Program-made: the position numbers and the translations under genes
Notes under the pieces: model-generated
Seen by the model: only the letters and a program-made list of their open reading frames with translations
What the model was told of the DNA's origin: nothing
The model's database searches: none
Part shown: one piece after another, positions 18,401-24,445 of the stretch
Layout: each line of letters starts with the position of its first letter
How positions within the stretch are numbered: the first letter of the stretch is position 1
NCBI GenBank assembly: GCA_035633875.1
Contig: DASQEB010000642.1
Span: 1-49,587, forward strand
Reading direction: 5' to 3'
Origin: Thermoanaerobaculia bacterium
GTDB taxonomy: Bacteria; Acidobacteriota; Thermoanaerobaculia; Multivoradales; UBA5704
Length of the DNA: 49,587 bases

Positions 18401-19757
18401 GGTCGAGGCAACGCTGATTCTCCAACCGGAAGGGCTCGGAGTCCGGCGCCGGCCCGAGGGGATCTCCCAGCAGCGTGGGGATGACGCGATTCGCCATGGG
18501 ACCGCCGCCGGGACCTCCCTTCACCAGGATCTCCAGCTGGCCATGGAGATCAGGGAAGGCATCCTCCCATCTCGCGGGCTCGCCGTAGATGATGCGCGAC
18601 AGGGCCAACTCCCGCGCTGCCGCGAAAGTCGCGGGTTTGCCCAGGCAGGGATAGTCCTTCTGCTCGACCGGTAGGCAGAGGGGGTACCGGAAGCCGGGGA
18701 CCTCGCCCCAGCCCCAGGTCTCACCCTGGCGGGTCGGCCAGACGCAGAGATCCAGGAGAGCCCCCTTGCCGGGACCGATCTCCACGGCGGTGAGCTCGTT
18801 GCCCTGCAGCGTGACCGCGACCGCCTCTCCGGCGTTCCCCCGGGCCAGGGCACGGCTCGCGACCGAGGTCCCGGCCAGGACGCGGATCTCGATCTCCGCC
18901 CCTTCCTCCGCCGTTCCGCCTGCCGGGCATTCCCAGCAGATCTCGTGGAGCAGGGCGGGATCAACGGTGGAGCTCGCCAGGACGACCCGGGCGAGAGCCT
19001 TGCCGGTCAGCGTCACGGTGCCGGTTTGGAGGGCCAGGGGCTGGAATTGCCGGATGTCGGCTCTCGCGCCGTCCCCCTCGAAGGCCGCGATCGTCAGCTC
19101 TCCCCGATTGGTGAGGAGCAGATCGATGCGGGTGGCCGGGCAGGGGAGATCAATTTCGAGCTGGCGGCTGGTCTGGAGCCCTGGGGGCGTGCCGTTCCAC
19201 TGCTCGATGAGCGTGTGGATCAGCGGCGGGCTCACCGGAGGGATTTCTGTCTGGAAGACGGCCCCCTTTGTCTCCCGGCCCCCCATGGTCGCGCCGAGCG
19301 GCTCGCGACGGAAATCGGCACATGTCCGGACGGTCCGGGGTCCTTCGGAGCGGAGGCCCACTCGGACGTCCACCCGCCGGACCTGAACGCCCGGCGTGAG
19401 ATCGAAACGCAGGGGCGCACCCTGATCAAGATCGACCCCGACCGTGCCAGACGGCGAAAATTCGTCCGTAAAGATCAGGCGCCGGGTGCTGCTCAGGAGG
19501 CCGAGGCGCGTCTCCAGCCCGGTACCGCGGGACGATCCGGGACGCAAGCCGCCGAGAAACGGGCTCAGGCAAAGCGGACGCCGCGGCTGGCTCTCCCGCC
19601 GGAAGAGATAGAACCCGTGCCAGGGGAACCCCCGCTCTGGGGCGAAGATCCACCGGCAGTGGAGGCCGTTGCGCAGGCGCGGGTGATCCTCGTCCGGCGG
19701 CTTGTCGTCCAGGATGCCCAGGACGAGCATCGCCAGATCGTCGGTCTGGAAACTCAT
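15432..19757 (-). CDS. Large multidomain protein (1441 aa), function unknown, with C-terminal FN3-like modules
   Basis: 4326-nt open frame. The N-terminus MSFQTDDLAMLVLGILDD has no signal peptide. Residues ~140-275 form a module homologous to residues ~1130-1265 of the 2625-aa protein. There are internal FN3-like endings (EGWYSYRVLGQDLFGRRSP). Two C-terminal FN3-like modules are visible (ITIRWALDRG...LYCYRVVVIDAEVNASPPS and SVQMAWSSPAEPLEVMVLRR...YRLKVRNAQG). Confidence 0.85.
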   Translation of the reverse strand: MSFQTDDLAMLVLGILDDKPPDEDHPRLRNGLHCRWIFAPERGFPWHGFYLFRRESQPRRPLCLSPFLGGLRPGSSRGTGLETRLGLLSSTRRLIFTDEFSPSGTVGVDLDQGAPLRFDLTPGVQVRRVDVRVGLRSEGPRTVRTCADFRREPLGATMGGRETKGAVFQTEIPPVSPPLIHTLIEQWNGTPPGLQTSRQLEIDLPCPATRIDLLLTNRGELTIAAFEGDGARADIRQFQPLALQTGTVTLTGKALARVVLASSTVDPALLHEICWECPAGGTAEEGAEIEIRVLAGTSVASRALARGNAGEAVAVTLQGNELTAVEIGPGKGALLDLCVWPTRQGETWGWGEVPGFRYPLCLPVEQKDYPCLGKPATFAAARELALSRIIYGEPARWEDAFPDLHGQLEILVKGGPGGGPMANRVIPTLLGDPLGPAPDSEPFRLENQRCLDLLLLASLHPAIAQMLGLYFLDSSAEPGIPYDYLLLADPTGVLGGSASTALDWLAFQPDANAVDAWLVLGKTVAPAPPLPPPGKARVYALPGATTRAQDGKLNDAQINVGLWWEAPPDPSAGATEETNIPVLYYPRRAFLGIKEPGEEPAEVPPDDAYKPLRPDPEDGSDSSAVVLAEPAAPPPPLTPGETRRSPEWPPASVPLRVIDTGLAEGWYSYRVLGQDLFGRRSPLGPPAEWYQWDPPAGQELPWYYRKDAPGHRPIHSFAVALLDKIPPPNPTGLEAAALDPLDRWVLRDSPYEKWRDRNPDVVGLRVRWKWTLSQMNQAPDTREFRIYYIPGRLNELPGEIGLDHLRQPANWAKRLAVVLYADAVEEGIEPSRDPENRPLDAETFKNAGVTVAGGIAHFPPDVDLSGLQPWLDHLYLASDTARPGKTYRIEEVDPKFHTVTLDGEPDLGGNSSPWTIGRPVRIYETFLPAPDLKEGEPFRPTLERPTVFAQIGVSAADDKIHTGDDPKWGAPPLGNRFGNEGRVSPPAAIYRVLQTPPEPPELADYPGGRLWATRADYHSRSFFSFRWKPRPHLKTHVLRALDDSLFQRDWLIRETREALDPEKHQDLFPDGWDLATRQAAVTELNKITSPAGYDSLSENTWKVLALLSGNEGAGDRKALKERDWEIRQTRNSGLVDVKSPDDYRTLSDSALRILAGLPGNEDAFTQITLQPLDDTDPEVQDRRLPDDAADYTPKPTVRAYMDTLPGRATNRYFYRAAFVDGAHNRSGLSPSTPPVYLPKVEPPAPVITGIFGGERTITIRWALDRGPALRELHVYRAHTRRDAEDVRRMALVHLMTSSEAGEPLADHWTDTSVEPLQLYCYRVVVIDAEVNASPPSRVASAQAYDQRPPMPLSWISAEWTSDGKSVQMAWSSPAEPLEVMVLRRMAGGWRPVSTWLPATVMQHMDETAINEIENRYRLKVRNAQGLVNVLYEEIGVASFEL

Positions 19758-19887
19758 GGCCCCCCTTGCGCCGGAGAGGAACCCTCCACTCCGGCCCTGA
19801 TCGGGTCGCGCTAACGGCTTTTGGCCAGGGTACGCTGGATGGGGCCGTTGATCAACCTTATCTATTCAACCGAATATTGAGCAGTGC

Positions 19888-20982
19888 TCATCCCTCCGCG
19901 AACGGCTCGAAGGCGGCGCTGGCCTCCGCGGCCAGGGCTGCGACGAGATCGGCGGCGGACCGGGGGGAGGCCAGGGGCGCCGACTGGCCGCCGTAGAACG
20001 GCAGGAGATCGTCGCGGCCGGCGCGGGTCGCCGCATAGCGAAGCTCCCGAGTGAGCTCGTTCTGGTGCGGGTAGGGGAGGATTTCGAAGGGAGGACGGGC
20101 CATCTCGTCCGCGACGCGGTTGGCGAGCATCCGCGCCAGACGCCCGGTGTAGGCCCGGGTGAGGGCCGTGCGCCGCGCGCGGGCACGGTCGGCGAGGGCC
20201 GCGCGGTGGAGCTCGCTCGCTCCGGACTCCCGGCACATCAGGAAGGCCGTGCCGATCTGCGCCGCCGCGGCGCCCAGGACCAACGCAGCCGCGACGCCGC
20301 GGCCGTCAGCGATGCCGCCCGCAGCCAGGACCGGGACCCGCACGGCGCTCACGACCTGGGGGACGAGCGACAGCGTCCCGGTGAGCGACTGCTCCGCGGG
20401 ACGGAGGAAGCTCCCGCGGTGCCCCCCGGCCTCGAACCCGGACGCGCACACGAAGTCGACGCCGCTCTCCTCCAGGGCCTCCGCCTCCTCGACCGTCGTC
20501 GCGGTGCCGATCAGCGCGATCCCCCGCCGGCGCGCCTCCTCCACCAGCGGCGCGGGCAGCAATCCGAAGATGAAGCTGAAGACCGCCGGTCGCGCCTCGA
20601 GCACGGCCTCGAACTGCCGCTCGAAATTCTGCACGGTGGGCGCCGGGGGCTGGGCGAGCGGCGGCAGCCCGAGCTCGTCCCGGTACGGCTGGAGACGCGC
20701 CAAAGCCCGGCCGGCCTCGGATGGATCCAGGTTCACGCCGTCCTCCCGCTCGCGGGGGATCCAGAGGTTGAGGGCGAACGGCTCGGCCGTCAGGCGCCGG
20801 ATGTCGGCCGCGGTCTGCAGGATCGCCTCGGGCTCCAGGTGATAGCAACCGAACGATCCCAGCCCGCCCGCGTTCGAGACGGCCGCCACCAGCTCGGGAG
20901 TCGATGCGCCGCCCCCCATCGGCCCCTGCACGATCGGATAGCGGCGGCCGAACCGCTCCGTGAACCGGGTGTTTGTCCACAT
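19888..20982 (-). CDS. Nitronate monooxygenase (NMO / 2-nitropropane dioxygenase family, FMN-dependent)
   Basis: MWTNTRFTERFGRRYPIVQGPMGGGASTPELVAAVSNAGGLGSFG...IAAGGIADGRG. I chose the start at 20982 because GAAAGGAG lies 7 nt upstream. The track start at 21000 is inside that RBS. Confidence 0.9.
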   Translation of the reverse strand: MWTNTRFTERFGRRYPIVQGPMGGGASTPELVAAVSNAGGLGSFGCYHLEPEAILQTAADIRRLTAEPFALNLWIPREREDGVNLDPSEAGRALARLQPYRDELGLPPLAQPPAPTVQNFERQFEAVLEARPAVFSFIFGLLPAPLVEEARRRGIALIGTATTVEEAEALEESGVDFVCASGFEAGGHRGSFLRPAEQSLTGTLSLVPQVVSAVRVPVLAAGGIADGRGVAAALVLGAAAAQIGTAFLMCRESGASELHRAALADRARARRTALTRAYTGRLARMLANRVADEMARPPFEILPYPHQNELTRELRYAATRAGRDDLLPFYGGQSAPLASPRSAADLVAALAAEASAAFEPFAEG

Positions 20983-21027
20983 CGGAAAGCTCCTTTCCAT
21001 CGGGGGCGGGCCCCGCCCTGGGGAACC

Positions 21028-22560
21028 TTACAACTCTTTGGCGGCTGGCCGCAGCCGAGGGCGGGGTGTGTCTTCCCAGGCAAAAACGCTCGCTCCGCTC
21101 ATCGCACTCGCCAGAGCGTCCCGCTTCGCCGGCCAATCGTTGATCGGCCGGGGCAGGCGTTCGGCAGCGATCACGAGCTCCAGGGCTTCGCGCAATCCTT
21201 CCGAGAGCTCGGCGGCTGGGAAGAGGGCGCGGCGGGCGGCCTCCTCCTCCACCCGCTCGGGCTCGCAGCCCCAGAGCCGGGCGGCCAGGGCACGGAGGTC
21301 GTCCCACGCGACACGGGCGCCGTCCGCCCAGCGGCGGAAACAGCGGTGAACCTCCTCGGCGGCGGCCGCTGCTTCAGCCGCCGCTGGGAAGACGGGATTG
21401 AAGCAGAAGGTTCGGACGAAGCGCCAGGCGGGCAGGGAGTCGAGCTGCTCGGCGAGGAGGCGGAGCAGGGCTTCCTCATCGTCCTTGCCGTCCAACTCAA
21501 GGGTTTGAGCCAAGGTCCGGAGGGCGCCCTTCACCCCGCCCAGGACGCGGCAGGCCTCGGCGGCGAGGGCTTCAAAGCGGGCTTCTTCGCGATACTCGGG
21601 CTCCGGGAGGAAGGCGCGGCCGAAGCGCTCCTCGTGGCAGCGCCGGAGGCTCGCGGCGATCTCCTCCTCGCGGCCGGGGGGCGGGGCGAGCCCCCGATGG
21701 GCAGCGGCCGAGACGAGGAGCGAGCGGATCCGGACCTGCCGCGCGAAGGCGGGGGCCTCCGGGTGGAAGAGCTGGGCCATGCGCCAGGCGCTCAGGAGGC
21801 GGGCGCTTTCCGGGCCGGCCGGGGGGCACCGCAGGGAGACCTCCTTGTAGAAGCTGACGTAGTCGCTCACCACGCGCTCCCGGGGACACGGGGCAGGCCC
21901 CCCGTCCAGGGCCAGCTCCAGGGCCTGGCGCGCGTCCTCCTGCTTGACGCTCTCCGTGGCCAGGATGCGGGCGAGCTCTCCGGTTGCAGGCTTCCCCAAG
22001 TGGAGACGGGCCAACTCGACGACGCGGGCAGGGTGGCGGTCGAGGAAGGAGAGGGCCTTCAAATCCGCGATCAGGCGCCTGGCCGCCTCCGGCTCCGCGG
22101 CTCCCGAAGCCTGGAGGCGCGCAAGTGCGTGCCGCACCTCGACGAGGGCCAGGGTGACGGGCCGGTAGCCGTGCTCGGCTGGCGCATGGAGGAGGGCGAC
22201 TTCGTCGTCGCCGTCGAGGGCGCCCGTCCGGTACCAATCGAAGACGGTCCCCACGCCGATCATGCCGAAGGGCGCGAGCTCCACGGCCCGCAGGGCTCCG
22301 AGGCTCGCCGCTCCGATCACCCGGACGCCGGCGTCCAGAGCGTAGAGAAGCTCTTTGTGGGGCACGGACGGGACGGTGAAGTAGTAGCCGTCCAGAAGGA
22401 TCATGGTCCTTGGATGATGGGCGAGGGCGGCGAGGACGTCCCCGCGCTGGACGGGCGGACGCACATCGCAGGCGGCGAGGAGGGAGCGCCACGCGGGGTC
22501 CGGATCCCGGGGCAGGGTCGGCCCGGCGAAGACCACGACTTGCGAGGGACTTTCACCCAT
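21028..22560 (-). CDS. tfuA: TfuA-like protein with an unusual ~300-aa C-terminal extension
   Basis: From the internal Met the sequence reads MGESPSQVVVFAGPTLPRD...VRPPVQRGDVLAAL...ILLDGYYFTVPSVPHKELLYALDAGVRVIGAASLGALRAVEL..GMIGVGTVFDWY, which is the TfuA signature. The ATG overlaps the YcaO stop (ATGGGTGA). The first 60 codons of the track ORF are an Arg/Ser/Pro-rich artefact. Confidence 0.85.
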   Translation of the reverse strand: MGESPSQVVVFAGPTLPRDPDPAWRSLLAACDVRPPVQRGDVLAALAHHPRTMILLDGYYFTVPSVPHKELLYALDAGVRVIGAASLGALRAVELAPFGMIGVGTVFDWYRTGALDGDDEVALLHAPAEHGYRPVTLALVEVRHALARLQASGAAEPEAARRLIADLKALSFLDRHPARVVELARLHLGKPATGELARILATESVKQEDARQALELALDGGPAPCPRERVVSDYVSFYKEVSLRCPPAGPESARLLSAWRMAQLFHPEAPAFARQVRIRSLLVSAAAHRGLAPPPGREEEIAASLRRCHEERFGRAFLPEPEYREEARFEALAAEACRVLGGVKGALRTLAQTLELDGKDDEEALLRLLAEQLDSLPAWRFVRTFCFNPVFPAAAEAAAAAEEVHRCFRRWADGARVAWDDLRALAARLWGCEPERVEEEAARRALFPAAELSEGLREALELVIAAERLPRPINDWPAKRDALASAMSGASVFAWEDTPRPRLRPAAKEL

Positions 22561-23692
22561 GGGACTTCTCCTTGAAGCCGGGGACGAAGACCCGCGCCAC
22601 CGGCACCCCGACTTCCGGGCGGCTGAGGTCGACCCACCAGGTCTCCAGCCCGTGTCCCGCCAGGATCTCGACGACCCGGTCGAGATCGGAGGCGACGCTC
22701 GCGGTCGAGAGGTCCGGCAGGTCGGCGAAGCAGCGGACACCTTCGGGCTCCTGGAGCTCTTCGAAGAGCCGGTGCGCCGCCTCCCCGGCTCCGAGGAGGG
22801 GCAGGTCGTCCCGGGCTCCCGAGATGTAGGTCAGGCGGGACTGGGCTGCCTCGGTGAGCGCCCGCGACAGGGCCACGGCCGGCTCCGGGTGACAGCCCGA
22901 GCCCCACCAGACGTTGGCGATGTCCGGAGCGGCGATCTCCGCCTGGAGGACGGGGATGCCGGCCTCCCATGTGACGTCATAGAGGGCGAGCTTGAAGCCC
23001 GCGGCATGGATCTTTTCGAGGGACTCGCGGAGCCAGGGAGCCTCCACCGAGTCTTCCCGCAAAGGCACCTTCCGCCAGGGCTCTCGCGCGGCGAGGCGGA
23101 CGCCGTGGCGCTCGACGAGCTCGCACACGCCGTGGAGGACCGCCTCCTCCAGGCAATTGCCCGAGGCGAGGCCGTTCGACGTCCGGCTGAACAGCCGCAG
23201 CGGCAGGGCCGGGGGCTCGGTGAAGTCCAGCTCCAGCATCCAGCGCGGCAGCCAGCCGTCCCGGCCTCCCCGCCAGCAGCGGGCGCGGACCCACGGCATG
23301 GGCAGGGCGAAGGCTTCGGGAGGGAGGAAGACCCAGCGCAGGGAGGTGAGCGGCACGGGGTTGTCGTACCGCATCTCCTGCGGGGAGAGCGTCACCTGGG
23401 GAAGGTGGCCGAGGTCCTCGGCGTGCCAGAGCTCCAGCGCCTCCATGACGGCGCTCGCCCGGGCGGCAGCCGGCGTGGCCCCCTTGCCCTGGGAGACGGA
23501 GAGGTTCCGGCTGGCGGGCCGCACCGCCTGCCAGACCGGGATGCCGATCCGATCGAGCCCGGTCACGTCGGCCACCCGGGTGACCCCGGCCCGGGGCAGG
23601 ACGTCCCGGACGCCGTCCAGCGTCTCCTCGGGACGTCGGATGCGGTGGGTACCGATCCGGAACCTCTTGGGGGAGGTCTCAGAAGGAATCAG
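22553..23692 (-). CDS. ycaO: YcaO-domain protein (TfuA-associated type). Start codon uncertain.
   Basis: ...KRFRIGTHRIRRPEETLDGVRDVLPRAGVTRVADVTGLDRIGIPVWQAVRPASRNLSVSQGKGATPAAARASAVMEALELWHAE...NGLASGNCLEEAVLHGVCELVERH. There is no in-frame ATG, GTG or TTG near the expected N-terminus. The nearest options are CTG (23692) and ATT (23689), which overlap the upstream stop. Confidence 0.8.
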   Translation of the reverse strand: MIPSETSPKRFRIGTHRIRRPEETLDGVRDVLPRAGVTRVADVTGLDRIGIPVWQAVRPASRNLSVSQGKGATPAAARASAVMEALELWHAEDLGHLPQVTLSPQEMRYDNPVPLTSLRWVFLPPEAFALPMPWVRARCWRGGRDGWLPRWMLELDFTEPPALPLRLFSRTSNGLASGNCLEEAVLHGVCELVERHGVRLAAREPWRKVPLREDSVEAPWLRESLEKIHAAGFKLALYDVTWEAGIPVLQAEIAAPDIANVWWGSGCHPEPAVALSRALTEAAQSRLTYISGARDDLPLLGAGEAAHRLFEELQEPEGVRCFADLPDLSTASVASDLDRVVEILAGHGLETWWVDLSRPEVGVPVARVFVPGFKEKSHG

Positions 23693-24294
23693 GCGTTCCC
23701 CCGGGGCTCCGACCGGCCGCCCTTGGTCATCACCAGGATGCGCCAGCCGATCTGCTTGAGCTTGCCCAGGATGACGGTCATGTTGCCGGCCAGCACCTTG
23801 CCGTTGGTGAAGTGCTCGACCACGCGATAGGTGGCGCCGGCGCGGCTGCCGCCAACGTGGACGATCTGGAGTTGGCTGACCTCCACCTGGCGCGGAGAGA
23901 ACGGCGGGAACTCCCGCAGGATCTCCTGGAACTGTGGGCTCGACATCCATTTGTCCACAATGGCCTGATCGATCATCACCAGTCCCTCGGAGGTGACCGA
24001 CAGGTGGGGGTCCGCGGCAAACTCCCGCCACCGTTGCTGCATCTGGTCCCAGGGCAGGGACTCCAGGCCGAGGATCAGGGTTTCGATCTCCTGGTCGTCC
24101 TGCGGATGAGTGGGGAGACCGTCGTTGACGAGGTCGTGCTCGGCGATGGGAATGCAGACCGCCGCGACGCCCACGGTGCGCGTCAGCCCACCGGCGGGCT
24201 CCAGGTGAAGGCCGAGCTCCCCGGCGGCCTCGTCGAAGGCCCGCTGGAGCGATTTTTCGCGGTCCTGCACTGACTCGTGCTTTTCATTGTTCAC
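23689..24294 (-). CDS. Hypothetical protein (201 aa). The C-terminal half may have an NTF2/SnoaL-like fold.
   Basis: Balanced, protein-like composition (MNNEKHESVQDREKSLQRAFDEAAGELGLHLEP...QVEVSQLQIVHVGGSRAGATYRVVEHFTNGKVLAGNMTVILGKLKQIGWRILVM). It is the first gene of the co-directional YcaO/TfuA run. The fold guess is by eye only. Confidence 0.6.
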   Translation of the reverse strand: MNNEKHESVQDREKSLQRAFDEAAGELGLHLEPAGGLTRTVGVAAVCIPIAEHDLVNDGLPTHPQDDQEIETLILGLESLPWDQMQQRWREFAADPHLSVTSEGLVMIDQAIVDKWMSSPQFQEILREFPPFSPRQVEVSQLQIVHVGGSRAGATYRVVEHFTNGKVLAGNMTVILGKLKQIGWRILVMTKGGRSEPRGNA

Positions 24295-24445
24295 AGAAAA
24301 GCCCTCCCATTCAGAAGAAGATAGATTGTGGAAGCCGCGGGAGCATATCTGCGCCGCACCGGGTTTGTCGAGCCACGGCTGCTGGTTGCGCGCTGGAAAG
24401 GCCCCCGGTAAGATCCCTTCGTCCTCCCCGGACCTCAGTCCAGGT

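Noticed and set aside
5977-19757. Contractile injection system, T6SS or Tc-toxin locus
   Set aside because: I can recognise no sheath, tube, baseplate, VgrG/PAAR, ClpV, TcB/TcC (RHS/YD) or spike genes anywhere in the window, so I report the operon as unassigned rather than naming a system.
20065-22575. 836-aa plus-strand ORF and several 100-330-aa ORFs across 20.0-22.6 kb
   Set aside because: They are antisense to the nitronate monooxygenase and TfuA genes, which have clear family motifs. Their translations are RG/PG-rich.
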